From: Armatimonadota bacterium
Lineage (GTDB): Bacteria; Armatimonadota; SYMT01
Direction of reading: 5' to 3'
NCBI GenBank assembly: GCA_046292385.1
Contig: JBKBRF010000048.1
Location: 1-50,699 of the forward strand
DNA: 50,699 nucleotides
How positions within the stretch are numbered: position 1 is the stretch's first letter; the number at the start of each line of letters is the position of its first letter. This document shows, one piece after another, positions 10,301 through 19,230 of this stretch. The notes beneath the pieces were generated by a model. The model saw only the letters and a list, made by a program, of their open reading frames with translations. It had not been told where the DNA came from and searched no databases. Position numbers and translations under genes: made by a program.

Positions 10301-10751
10301 GCGCCTGCCGCTGCTCGCGACGTCCGAGCTGGACGGCCGGGAGACCCCGCCGGCGCCGGGTCCGTCCGGGGACGTGACCGAGCCGCTCCACCCGCGCCGC
10401 GTGCTGGTGATCGAGGACAACCGGGACGCTGCGGAGACGCTCGCGGACATGCTGGACCTCTTCGGCTACGAGGTGGCGCAGGCCTATTCCGGGCCGGAAG
10501 GTTTGGACGCGGCGGCGCGGTTTCACCCGGACGTGGTGCTCTGCGACATCGGCCTACCCGGCATGAGCGGGCTGGAGGTGGCGCAGGCCCTCCGCCGCGA
10601 CCCGGAGCTGGGTCACGCGCGCCTGGTAGCCGTGACCGGCTACGGGCAGCACGAGGACGTACGCCGCACCCGCGAGGCCGGCTTCGACCACCACCTCACC
10701 AAGCCGATCGACCCGGAAACGCTGCGCAGCCTGCTCGAGTCTAGGGTCTAG
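7398..10751 (+). CDS. Membrane hybrid sensor kinase (multi-TM, Cache-like, PAS, HisKA, HATPase, REC)
   Basis: N-terminal TM helices, FSDRDYY Cache-like motif, [50 protein letters not shown] after GGGAGA RBS. Confidence 0.92.
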   Translation: MPVETKQTPPSGGEPPERARPIAAWGLLALLMLAALAGNVFSAPLFLGLDFLFGSIAVLVTVALFGTGWGVAAALAGSLYTWLLWNHPYAILILVAEAVFVGLLTHRRRVSLLLADAAFWLLFGIPLVGIFYGARMGTGVEATTLIALKQSVNGIFNALLASLLLTHLPLRRWAGRADQDTVPFRETVFNVMVALVLFPTLLLTVLQGRNEMERIDASLRSQLRLSAISLDSRVEAWIQRHLRAVSALAGIAQRSGPGSRAALQQSAAAIHEAFPDFHNLYLADRNGTTVVFHPPRNARGESTLGLNFSDRDYYRQMRETLKPVVSDIFLGRGGVETPIITVSVPIVENGELTGYALGAVDVTGLDQLLTESLEDAGVQATLMDGERRIIASTVAGADAAEAYQPPGAGDIQPIGGGVFRWVPWEANTPAVTRWRDSFYLRRLAWENVSWTLELQAPVGPYQRDLHRRYLESFVVMLVLTVLALLLALAFTEWLATPLARLATVTTNLPARIHDRAAIPWPQVRIAEIASLVGNYRTMLQALQDQFQALLGANASLEERGQELEERNRALRTEVEERSRVEQALRLSEERYRTVLEESPIATQTFAPDGTWLDANRAWETLWGAKISDLAGYNLLQDPQLERRGVMPWIRRAFSGQPVVLPPVLYEPAEIGAAGRPRWVEAYLYPVKDPAGEIREVVLMLQDITERRLVEEERLRLLSAEQAARERAERLYEEAQEEARRKDQFLAMLAHELRNPLGAVANALHVLQTPEASPEARERALAVLSRQVRHQSRMVDDLLDVSRIERGKVELRCEVLDLVAVVREARDDAQDASGAAGPRLRLEIEPDEPLLIRGDSTRLAQVLGNLLQNARKFTPADGEITLSLRREPPGPDQAGEGTAVITVADTGIGIRREMLPHVFTIFAQEDSSLDRSRGGLGLGLALVKGIVELHGGDVSAVSGGPGKGAAFTVRLPLLATSELDGRETPPAPGPSGDVTEPLHPRRVLVIEDNRDAAETLADMLDLFGYEVAQAYSGPEGLDAAARFHPDVVLCDIGLPGMSGLEVAQALRRDPELGHARLVAVTGYGQHEDVRRTREAGFDHHLTKPIDPETLRSLLESRV

Positions 10752-10767
10752 GGTCTAGGGTTTAGGG
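10740..10767 (+). repeat. Heptamer tandem repeat (TCTAGGG)n
   Basis: TCTAGGG x3 plus TTTAGGG, overlapping the kinase stop codon. Confidence 0.75.
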
Positions 10768-10920
10768 GGTAGGGTGCAGATCTGTGGCGGGCTGGCTGCG
10801 CCACCCTGGCAAGGCTGCTCTTGCAGCTGCTCTTGCTCGCCGCCACCGCGGCGATAAGCGAGCTCTTCCGCCGTCCGGCTCTCAGGAAGAGGCGAGAAAC
10901 GCTCGGCGGCTCCCGTGTAA

Positions 10921-11094
10921 CCACCCCAGTCATCCTGAATGAAATGAAGGATCTACGTCACCAGGGTTACGTGAGAGCTGCGGACTTGCCGTTCGGGAGT
11001 GCCTCGGCAGGCGCGGTCCTCGTCACGTACGTGCGGGCTCCGGTCCAACACGGCTGCCGAGATCCTTCCCTGTCGGTCAGGATGACTGGGGTGG
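10921..11094. repeat. MITE/REPIN-like inverted-repeat element
   Basis: Perfect 18-bp terminal IR CCACCCCAGTCATCCTGA / TCAGGATGACTGGGGTGG plus inner IR GAAGGATCT / AGATCCTTC. Confidence 0.75.
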
Positions 11095-11279
11095 AGGACA
11101 GTAGGGCCGCTCGTCCTCACCGGCAGTAGCTACGCTGCGCTCCCAGCGCAGCCACCTTACAGCGCGCTATACAAGCACTCGCGCTTCGGGGTAGGGCGGG
11201 GAAAGAGGATCCCCATGCCGGAGCCACCGCCAGCACTGCGCCCGGCAGGACGTGAGGGAGAGCGGTGGGAGGTTCTCGC

Positions 11280-11326
11280 TACGGAATACGAGATACGGAA
11301 TACGACCTACGGAATACGACCTACGG
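11280..11326 (+). repeat. Heptamer tandem repeat (TACGNNN)n
   Basis: TACGGAA TACGAGA TACGGAA TACGACC TACGGAA TACGACC TACGG. Confidence 0.8.
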
Positions 11327-11328
11327 CC

Positions 11329-11718
11329 CTAAACGTCCGCCGTGCCGTTCTCCAGGACCCGCTTGACCAGGGAGACCAGCTCCTTGGGGTGGAACGGCTT
11401 CGGCAGGTAGAGCTCCGCGCCCTCCTTGAGGCCTTCCACGATATCCGCGTTGTGCGTCTTGACCGTGAGCATGATGACCGGGGTCTCCATCAGCTCGCCG
11501 TCCGCCTTGATCTCCCGGAGCACTTCGAAGCCGTCTTTGCGCGGCATGATCACGTCCAGGATTACCAGGTCCGGATGGTGCTCGCGGACCCGCAGCATGC
11601 CTTCCACCCCATCGGCCGCCGTCAAGACCTGGAAGCCCTCCTTCTCGAGGTTGACCTGGATCAGGCGCACGATGTGCGGCTGATCGTCTACTACCAGGAC
11701 AGATTTCTTCATCGACAT
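11329..11718 (-). CDS. Single-domain response regulator (REC)
   Basis: VLVVDD, DLVILDVIMPRKDG, VIMLT, YLPKPF. Confidence 0.93.
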   Translation of the reverse strand: MSMKKSVLVVDDQPHIVRLIQVNLEKEGFQVLTAADGVEGMLRVREHHPDLVILDVIMPRKDGFEVLREIKADGELMETPVIMLTVKTHNADIVEGLKEGAELYLPKPFHPKELVSLVKRVLENGTADV

Positions 11719-11830
11719 GCGGTCTCCGCTGGGCCCGGTGCCAGTGCCCCTGATCCGGTCGTCCGCCGCAGCCCCTGCGGCAGATAGAAGTTAGCGGCCG
11801 GAGGGGCATTTGCCTCCCGGCCGCGGAAGC

Positions 11831-12271
11831 CTACGCCACCTGCTGCCGGGGGAGCGTGGCGAGGAGCGGCGCGAGATCGGTGGCCTCGAGCGCCGCGAAT
11901 GCCGTGCTCGTCTCCCACAGCTCGATCCGGTGCAGCGCGGCGCCGAACTCCGGCAGGATCTCCGCGGCGATCCAGAAGAGCAGGTTCTCCGCCGTCGTGA
12001 TGCCGCCCACCACGTCGTTCAGGTGGTAGTGGTCCAACCGCCCGATCACTCGCTCCCGGACTACCCGCTTGACGTCCCGGAAGTTGCGGACCATGCCGGT
12101 CTCCGGATCGACCGGTCCCCGCACCGCCACCAGGAGCCGGTAGCTATGCCCATGAAGACGGGCGCAGCTCCCGAACACTTCCACGTTCTTTTGCTGGCTC
12201 CAGTCGTCGCGCCAGAGCTGGTGGCTGGCCTCGAAGCGGAACTCGACGGTAATCAGCGCGGTAGGTTGCAT
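11831..12271 (-). CDS. queD: 6-carboxytetrahydropterin synthase / PTPS family
   Basis: FEASHQL, CARLHGHSY, DPETGMV, LDHYHLN, TAENL, LWET. Confidence 0.88.
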   Translation of the reverse strand: MQPTALITVEFRFEASHQLWRDDWSQQKNVEVFGSCARLHGHSYRLLVAVRGPVDPETGMVRNFRDVKRVVRERVIGRLDHYHLNDVVGGITTAENLLFWIAAEILPEFGAALHRIELWETSTAFAALEATDLAPLLATLPRQQVA

Positions 12272-12277
12272 CGCTCT

Positions 12278-12286
12278 ATTCTAGCA
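12278..12286 (-). promoter_or_regulatory. Extended -10 box, probable leaderless queD promoter
   Basis: TGcTAGAAT, then 6 nt, then the queD ATG; no clear RBS. Confidence 0.5.
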
Positions 12287-12349
12287 CGCGTGCGTACCTC
12301 CGGTACGGCGGCGCGGCACATCGCGCGGTTCCGGCGGGTATCATGCGGA

Positions 12350-12940
12350 GTGCCATTCGAACTTCCTCTTCCGGAGCTCCTGCGCGAGGAGACCCGCCGC
12401 GAGCACGACCGCCTCGAGCAGCGGATCGACTTGCTGCGTCCGGACTTCTCCCCGGCGGAGTACCGCGCGCTGCTCGCCCGATTCCTGGGTTACTACGAGC
12501 CGCTGGAGCGGGGCCTGGCGGCGCACCCCTGGGCGGAGCTGGGGCACCCCTTGCAGCCGGGTGAGAGGCCCGCGCTCCTGGCCCGGGACCTCGGGGTGCT
12601 GGGGCTCTCTCGTGAAGCGATCTCCGCCCTTCCGCGGTGCGGCGCCGTTCCGGACGTGGGCGATCTCTCCCGCGCGGCGGGAGCGCTCTACGTGCTGGAG
12701 GGCGCCGCGCTCGGCGGGCAGGTCGTGGCGCGCCATCTCCGGCGTACGCCGCTCCTTCGGGAGCTCCCGGCGGCTTTCTTCGGAAGTGACGGCGCGGACG
12801 TGGGTGCCCGCTGGCGCAAGTTCCGAGCTTTGCTGGAGGAGCTGGGTCGGTCGCGCCTGGAACGAGGGATGGTGATCGACGGCGCCCGCGCCACGTTCCG
12901 CCGCCTGGACGACTGGCTCGCCGAAAGGAGCCCCGCTTGA
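12350..12940 (+). CDS. bphO: Biliverdin-producing heme oxygenase (BphO-type)
   Basis: LREETRREHDRLE (proximal His), GALYVLEGAALGGQVV, AFFG, RWRKF; GTG start inferred; stop overlaps the bphP start. Confidence 0.88.
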   Translation: MPFELPLPELLREETRREHDRLEQRIDLLRPDFSPAEYRALLARFLGYYEPLERGLAAHPWAELGHPLQPGERPALLARDLGVLGLSREAISALPRCGAVPDVGDLSRAAGALYVLEGAALGGQVVARHLRRTPLLRELPAAFFGSDGADVGARWRKFRALLEELGRSRLERGMVIDGARATFRRLDDWLAERSPA

Positions 12941-15213
12941 GCGCTTCTCCCGAGATCCGACCGGCCGCTGACCTGCGGGACTGCGACCGCGAGCCGATCC
13001 ACGTCCCCGGCTCGATCCAGCCGCACGGCGCGCTCCTGGTGCTCCGGGAGCCGGACCTGCAGGTGCTGCAGGTGAGCGCTAATGCCGGCGCGCTGCTCGG
13101 TCGCGGCCCGGAAGAGCTGCTCGACCGGCCGTTCGACCTCCTCCGTCCGGACGACCTGGCCAGCCTGAGACAGCTTCACGAACAGTCGTCGCTGGCGGAA
13201 GTGAACCCCCTGCGGGTGGAGACGGCGGGAGGAGATTGTTTCGACGCGATCGTCCACCGGACTGCGGGAGGCCTGGTGCTGGAGCTTGAGCCGGCGCCGG
13301 AGCCGGCCGCGCCCGGCCTCATGGGCTTCTACCACCGGGTCCGCCGCGCGGCAGCGCGCCTGGAGAGCGCCCCGGACATCCGCGCGCTCTGCGACGCGGC
13401 CGCGGAGGAGGTCCGGCGCCTGACCGGCTTCGACCGGGTGATGATCTACCGCTTCGACCCGGAGTGGAACGGCGAGGTGGTGGCGGAGGATCGCGCCGGA
13501 GACGTGGAGTCGTTCCTTGGCCTGCATTACCCGGCCACCGATATCCCGCCGCAGGCCCGGCAGCTCTATACCGTGAACTGGCTGCGCCTGATCGCGGACG
13601 TGCAGTACGCGCCCACGCCGCTGGTGCCGGCGCTCAATCCGGCCACCGGCGCACCGCTCGACATGAGCTTCTCCGTGCTCCGGAGCGTCTCGCCCGTGCA
13701 CGTGGAGTACCTGCAGAACATGCGGGTCGGCTCGTCGATGTCGGTCTCGCTGCTCCACGAAGGGCGGCTCTGGGGCCTCATCGCGCTGCACCATCGCTCG
13801 GCGCGGTTCGTTCCGTACGAGGTGCGGCAGGCGTGTGAGTTCCTGGGTCAGGTGCTCTCGCTGCATCTTTCGCTCAAGGAAGAGCAGCGCGACTATCAGC
13901 AGCGGGTCCAGCTCGCCGAGATCCGCACCGGGCTGCGCGAGCGGCTGGAGCAGGAGAGCGACATGGCGCAGGCGCTGAGCCAGGGCGCCGAGTTACTGCT
14001 GCGGACGGTAAACGGGGCCGGCGCCGCGGTCCGGCTGTTCGGTCAGGTCACCTGCGTCGGCGAGACACCGGAGGCCGCGGTGGTCGCCCGCCTGATGCAC
14101 TGGCTGGATGCCGAGAGGCCCGCGGAGACGTTCCACACCGACTCGCTCTCCGCTGTGCTTCCGGAGGCGGCGGAGTGGGTGGAGCACGCCAGCGGCATCC
14201 TGACGATCTCGCTCTCCGACCGCGACCGGATCGTCTGGTTCCGGCCGGAGGTGGTGCGGACCGTCAACTGGGGCGGCGATCCGAACCACCCGGTCCTGCC
14301 GAAAGGCGCGCGCATCCACCCGCGGCGCTCCTTCGAGCTCTGGAAGCAGCGGGTGCGGCGCAAGTCGCTGCCGTGGACCGACGAGGAGCTGCGCTCCGCC
14401 GCCGCGCTGCGCGGGGACCTGGTCGACATCTTCGTGCGGAGGGCGGAGCAGCGCTCCCGGGCGCGATTGGAAGCGCTCAACCAGGAGCTCGCCCGCAGCA
14501 ACGCCGAGCTCGACTCGTTCGCTTACGTCGCCTCGCACGACCTGAAAGAGCCGCTCCGGGGCATCCGCAACTACACCAAGTTCGTCCTGGAAGACTTCGG
14601 CGACTCCCTTCCGGAAGAGGGGCAGGAGCGGCTCGGGACGGTGGTCCGCCTCTCCGACCGCATGGAAGAGCTGATGGACTCGCTCCTCCATTACTCCCGG
14701 GTGGGACGGGGTCACCTGGCGATCCAGGACTGCGATCTCAACCTGGTGGTGGCCGGAGTGCTGGAGCTGCTCGAGCCGAGGATCGAGGAGAAGGGGGCGG
14801 AGGTCGCCGTCGAGGGGCCGCTGCCGGTGATCCGCTGCGACGTGAGTCGCATTTCGGAGGTATTCGCCAACCTGATCGGGAACGCCATCAAGTACAACGA
14901 GAGCGATAGGCCCCGCGTGGAGATCGGATACGAAGGGGATGCGCAGCGCCAGGAAGAGCTGGTCTTCTACGTCCGGGACAACGGCATCGGCATCCCGGAG
15001 CGGCACCACGAAGGCATCTTCGAGTTCTTCCGGCGACTCCACACGCGCGACCGCTTCGGCGGCGGGACCGGTGCCGGCCTGTCGATCGTCAAACGCATCG
15101 TAGAGCGTCACGGCGGCCGGGTCTGGGTGGAGAGCGCGCCCGGCGAGGGCAGCGCGTTCCGGTTCGCCCTGCCGGTGGTGCCCGCTTCCGCCGCCTTTCC
15201 GGCCGCCGGTTAG
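12937..15213 (+). CDS. bphP: Bacteriophytochrome histidine kinase (PAS-GAF-PHY-HK)
   Basis: CDREPIHVPGSIQPHG, FDRVMIYRF, PATDIPPQAR, RSVSPVHVEYL, WGGDP...PRRSF, SHDLKEPLR, HATPase boxes. Confidence 0.96.
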   Translation: MSASPEIRPAADLRDCDREPIHVPGSIQPHGALLVLREPDLQVLQVSANAGALLGRGPEELLDRPFDLLRPDDLASLRQLHEQSSLAEVNPLRVETAGGDCFDAIVHRTAGGLVLELEPAPEPAAPGLMGFYHRVRRAAARLESAPDIRALCDAAAEEVRRLTGFDRVMIYRFDPEWNGEVVAEDRAGDVESFLGLHYPATDIPPQARQLYTVNWLRLIADVQYAPTPLVPALNPATGAPLDMSFSVLRSVSPVHVEYLQNMRVGSSMSVSLLHEGRLWGLIALHHRSARFVPYEVRQACEFLGQVLSLHLSLKEEQRDYQQRVQLAEIRTGLRERLEQESDMAQALSQGAELLLRTVNGAGAAVRLFGQVTCVGETPEAAVVARLMHWLDAERPAETFHTDSLSAVLPEAAEWVEHASGILTISLSDRDRIVWFRPEVVRTVNWGGDPNHPVLPKGARIHPRRSFELWKQRVRRKSLPWTDEELRSAAALRGDLVDIFVRRAEQRSRARLEALNQELARSNAELDSFAYVASHDLKEPLRGIRNYTKFVLEDFGDSLPEEGQERLGTVVRLSDRMEELMDSLLHYSRVGRGHLAIQDCDLNLVVAGVLELLEPRIEEKGAEVAVEGPLPVIRCDVSRISEVFANLIGNAIKYNESDRPRVEIGYEGDAQRQEELVFYVRDNGIGIPERHHEGIFEFFRRLHTRDRFGGGTGAGLSIVKRIVERHGGRVWVESAPGEGSAFRFALPVVPASAAFPAAG

Positions 15214-15289
15214 TCCTTGTCTACAGCTTCTTCCCCACGCCGCACCGGGCCGAGCGGGGCGACGTCCAGTCCTCTCCTGAGGAGTCCGC

Positions 15290-16945
15290 ATGTCGGTTGA
15301 GCGGCTCAAAACCCTGATCGTAGACGACAGCCCGGAAGACCGGGAGACGGTGCGCCGCTACCTGAAGCAGGCGGACGGCTACGAGTACGACTGCCTGGAA
15401 GCGGAGACGGGCGAAGAGGCGATCGAGGTCTTCCGCCGCGAGCGGCCGGACGTGCTGCTGATCGACTTCCGCCTGCCCGACATGAACGGGCTGGAGCTGA
15501 TCGCCGAGATCATCGACCTGTCGGACAGCGTGCTGCTGCCGGTGGTGATGCTGACCGGCACCGGCAATGAGCAGATCGCCGTGGAAGCGATGAAACGGGG
15601 TGCCCAGGACTACCTGGCGAAGGGCACGACCACCCCGGAGAGCCTGCGGCGGGCGATCCACTACACGGTGGAGAAGATCCGCATCCTCCGCATGCTGGAA
15701 GATCAGCGGCTGGAGCTGGAGCTGGCGAACCGGGAGCTGGCACGGAGCAACCGCGAGCTGGCGCAGGCGGATCAGCGGAAGGACGCCTTCCTGGCGATAC
15801 TCGCGCACGAGCTGCGCAACCCGCTCGCCGCCACCCGCAACGCCCTGGAGGTGCTGCGCCTCGCCCGCTCGGACGAGGCGCGCTACCAGCAGGCGCTGGT
15901 GGTGCTGGAGCGGCAGATCCGCCATTAGAGCCGCCTGCTGGACGACCTCCTCGACGTCTCCCGCATCACCCAGAACAAGATGCTCTTGCGCCCGGAGCGG
16001 GCCGACCTGACCGAGATCATCCGCCTCACGCTGGAGGACCAGCAGCCCGCGCTCGACCGGGGCGGACTGCTGGTGAGCGTCTCGCTGCCGGAAGCGCCGG
16101 TCGGCCTCGTGGGCGACCCGGTCCGCCTCTCTCAGGCGGTCGGGAACCTGATCCACAACGCCATCAAGTTCACCGATCCGGGTGGTCGGATCTTCGTTTC
16201 CCTGAGCGTAGAGCCGGCGGGAAGCGATGGGGCTTCCCGGGCGGTGCTCGCGGTGCGAGACAACGGGATCGGCATTGCGCCCGACCTCCTGCCGCGCCTG
16301 TTCGACACCTTCTCCCAGGCGGACCGCAGCCTCGACCGCAGCGGCGGCGGGCTGGGGCTGGGGCTCTCCCTGGTGAAGGGTCTCACCGAGCTGCACGGCG
16401 GCACCGTAGAGGTGGAGAGCGCGGGCCTGGGGCAGGGGAGTGAGTTCCGGATCTGCCTCCCCGTGCCGCGGGAAGCGCCGGGGCCGGCAGAGACCCCCGT
16501 CCGTCCGCCGGAACGAGTCGATGCCTCACCTCCGCGCTCCGGCGCGCCGGCCGCGCGGGCGCTGCGGGTGCTCGTAGTGGAAGACAACCGGGATGCCGCG
16601 GACACCCTCCAGGACCTGCTGGAGATCCACGGCCACGAGGTGCACGTCGCCTTTACCGGCGCCGCCGGGGTAACCGTGGCGCAGGAGCTCCGGCCGGACG
16701 TGATTCTCTGCGACGTGGGGCTCCCCGGCAAGGACGGCTACGAAGTGGCACGGGAGCTGCGCGCGAACCCGATCACCGCGTCCGTGCGCCTGATCGCGGT
16801 CTCCGGCTACGGCCAGTTGGAAGACCGCGTCCGCGCCCGTGAGGCGGGGTTCGACCTCCACCTTACGAAACCGGTCGATCCGGCCGAGCTGGTGGAGCTG
16901 ATCCGCCGCGGCGGAGAGCCGCCGGAAGCTGCCGCGCACCCCTGA
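15290..16945 (+). pseudogene. REC-HisKA-HATPase-REC hybrid kinase interrupted by one in-frame TAG (15926-15928)
   Basis: ORFs 15290..15928 and 15980..16945 share a frame; reading through gives RQIRH*SRLLDDLLDVSRI versus RQVRHQSRMVDDLLDVSRI in the 7398 kinase. Confidence 0.85.
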
Positions 16946-16948
16946 GCG

Positions 16949-16985
16949 CGCAAGCCCCGCCGGCGGATGCGCGGCGGGGCTTGCG
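16949..16985. terminator. Hairpin between convergent genes
   Basis: 14-bp stem CGCAAGCCCCGCCG / CGGCGGGGCTTGCG. Confidence 0.6.
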
Positions 16986-17007
16986 AGGCGGTTCTTGTTC
17001 TCGCCGG

Positions 17008-18537
17008 TTAGACGAACGGCCGCTCGTCGTTGCCGTGCGCCAGCGGGCGCGGCAGGTCGGTGCCGCCCATCAGCCACTCGTCCAGGCCGGCGGCGGCGTG
17101 GCGCCCTTCGCTGATCGCCCAGACGATCAGGCTCTGACCGCGGGTCATGTCTCCGGCCACGTAGACGCCGGGAACGCTGGTGGCGCGGTTGCCGTCGGAC
17201 TTCACGTTGCCGCGCGGGTCCAGCTCCACGCCGAGCTGCTCCACCAGCCCGCCCTTCTCCGGGCCGACGAAGCCCATCGCCAGGAAGACCAGGTCCGCCT
17301 CCCAGATCTCCTCCGAGTCCGGGATATCGACGAAGCGCGGGCGCCCGTTCTCGAGCTGCATCTCGCTGCGCACCGTCCGGAGCGCCTTCAGGTTGCCCTG
17401 CTCGTCCCCGATGAACTCCTTGGTGTTGATCTGGTACTCGCGGTCGCAGCCCTCTTCGTGGGCGCTGGAGACGCGGAAGACGTTGTCCCACTGCGGCCAC
17501 GGGTTGCTCGGCGCGCGGTGGTCCGGCGGGCGGGAGACGATCTCGAACTGCGCCACGCTGGCGCACTCCTGGCGATGCGAGGTGCCGAGGCAGTCCGCCC
17601 CGGTGTCGCCGCCGCCGATGATGATCACCTTCTTGCCGGTCGCCTGGATGTACTCCGACATCGTATCGGAGGAGCCGTAGGGCGGCGTGTCCCGCACCCA
17701 GATGCGGCCGTCCCGCTCCTCGTAGTCACCCAGCGCGAACCGGTTCGCCATCGGCAGGTAGTGCATCGCCTGGTAGATGCCGCGGAGGTTGCGTCCGGGG
17801 ATCGGCAGGTTGCGCGCCTGGGTGGCGCCGGCCGCCAGAAGCACCGCGTCGAACTCCCGCCGCAGGTCGTCGCCGGTCACGTCCTTGCCCACGTCGACTC
17901 CGCTGCGGAACACCACGCCTTCCGCTTCCATCTGCTCAATTCGCCGGTCAAGGAACCGCTTCTCCATCTTGAACTGGGGGATGCCGTAGCGGAGCAGCCC
18001 GCCGGGGCGGTCGGCCCGCTCGAAGACGGTGACCTCGTGCCCGGCGCGCCGGAGCTGCTGGGCGGCGGCGAGCCCGGCGGGGCCGGAGCCGATCACGGCG
18101 ACCTTCTTGCCGGTCCGCTTCGTCGGCGGCTCGGGCCGGATCCAGCCTTCGTCCCATGCCTTATCGACGATGGAGCACTCGATCAGCTTGATCGTGACCG
18201 GCGGCTGGTTGATGCCGAGCACGCACGACGACTCGCACGGGGCGGGACAGAGCCGGCCGGTGAACTCCGGAAAGTTGTTCGTGGCGTGAAGCCGGTCGAT
18301 CGCGTCGCGCCAGCGGTCGCGGTAGACCAGGTCGTTCCAGTCCGGGATCAGGTTCCCCAGCGGGCAGCCCTGGTGGCAGAACGGGATGCCGCAGTCCATG
18401 CAGCGCGCGCCCTGCTCCTCCACCTTCAGCAGCGGGAACGGGTTGTAGACCTCGTTCCAGTCGTGCACCCGCTGCGGTACCGGCCGGCGCACCGGCGTCT
18501 CGCGCGTGTATTCCAAAAATCCAGTCGGCTTACCCAT
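17008..18537 (-). CDS. gltD: Glutamate synthase small subunit
   Basis: [66 protein letters not shown]. Confidence 0.97.
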   Translation of the reverse strand: MGKPTGFLEYTRETPVRRPVPQRVHDWNEVYNPFPLLKVEEQGARCMDCGIPFCHQGCPLGNLIPDWNDLVYRDRWRDAIDRLHATNNFPEFTGRLCPAPCESSCVLGINQPPVTIKLIECSIVDKAWDEGWIRPEPPTKRTGKKVAVIGSGPAGLAAAQQLRRAGHEVTVFERADRPGGLLRYGIPQFKMEKRFLDRRIEQMEAEGVVFRSGVDVGKDVTGDDLRREFDAVLLAAGATQARNLPIPGRNLRGIYQAMHYLPMANRFALGDYEERDGRIWVRDTPPYGSSDTMSEYIQATGKKVIIIGGGDTGADCLGTSHRQECASVAQFEIVSRPPDHRAPSNPWPQWDNVFRVSSAHEEGCDREYQINTKEFIGDEQGNLKALRTVRSEMQLENGRPRFVDIPDSEEIWEADLVFLAMGFVGPEKGGLVEQLGVELDPRGNVKSDGNRATSVPGVYVAGDMTRGQSLIVWAISEGRHAAAGLDEWLMGGTDLPRPLAHGNDERPFV

Positions 18538-18643
18538 TTACTTGCTTCCTGACCTCTTACTAACGGCTGACTCGCGACCCCGACGAACCAAAGACCGTGC
18601 GAGATAACGTCCTGTGGTCACTGCCCCACGATCCTTCAGCGCC

Positions 18644-18988
18644 CTACGAGAGCGCCAGCGTGCGTCGCAGCGCTTCGTCGACCTGAGTCATCTCATCGAA
18701 TCTTCCGATCACCCTCGCAATGAAGGCATTCGAGACCGTTACCAGATCGTCAGTCACGATGACGGAATCGGTTCGCAGCCCCGCGGCGGTGGCGGCAGGA
18801 GTTCCTAACAGCACTGTCGCGGCTGGGATGCCCGGCCCGCAGCATGTTGCTCGTGATGAGCGCGAGGACTGGGCAATTCCGGTATCCAGATCATCGGCCT
18901 GCACCACCAGCGCCGGACGACGCTTGGCGGTGACGAGATCAGAGTTGGGGAACAGCACCAGCACCACGTCCCCGCGGCTATAGCTCAT
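18644..18988 (-). CDS. PemK/MazF-family toxin with an internally frameshifted segment
   Basis: RGDVVLVLFP, KRRPALVVQ, GL..DS motifs; the expected ITS motif lies in another frame. Confidence 0.8.
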   Translation of the reverse strand: MSYSRGDVVLVLFPNSDLVTAKRRPALVVQADDLDTGIAQSSRSSRATCCGPGIPAATVLLGTPAATAAGLRTDSVIVTDDLVTVSNAFIARVIGRFDEMTQVDEALRRTLALS

Positions 18989-19208
18989 CGTAGACGTCCA
19001 TCTCGGGGCGGTCCCAGTCCTCGGCTACCAGGCCAAGCCGGGACCGCAGCGCCTGCGCCTCCTTCGGAGTGATGCCGGCGGCGCCCAGGTGGACCGGCCC
19101 CGCGTCCGGAAGGAACGTTACCAGAACGCGAGCGCCCTCTGCGGCGGCCGGCTCTTCTACGAGCTCCACCTTACCCCCACGGTAGATTCCTTCGAGCGTT
19201 CTCAGCAT
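18978..19208 (-). CDS. Putative antitoxin (DUF104/AF2212-like N-terminus)
   Basis: 76 aa; LEGIYRGGKVEL...VLVTF; acidic tail EDWDRPEMDVYDEL; GGAGGT RBS; overlaps the toxin start. Confidence 0.7.
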   Translation of the reverse strand: MLRTLEGIYRGGKVELVEEPAAAEGARVLVTFLPDAGPVHLGAAGITPKEAQALRSRLGLVAEDWDRPEMDVYDEL

Positions 19209-19230
19209 CGCTATACCTCCAGCGGCGCCG

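Noticed and set aside
11280..11326. CRISPR array from the short repeats here and elsewhere
   Set aside because: Units are 6-8 bp without unique spacers, and there are no cas genes.
11810..12349. Apparent N-terminal extension of heme oxygenase
   Set aside because: Antisense to queD; heme oxygenase motifs start near 12350.
15926..15928. Genome-wide TAG recoding or pyrrolysine
   Set aside because: TAG ends pyc, gltB, prkA and others at their expected C-termini, and no pyl genes are seen.
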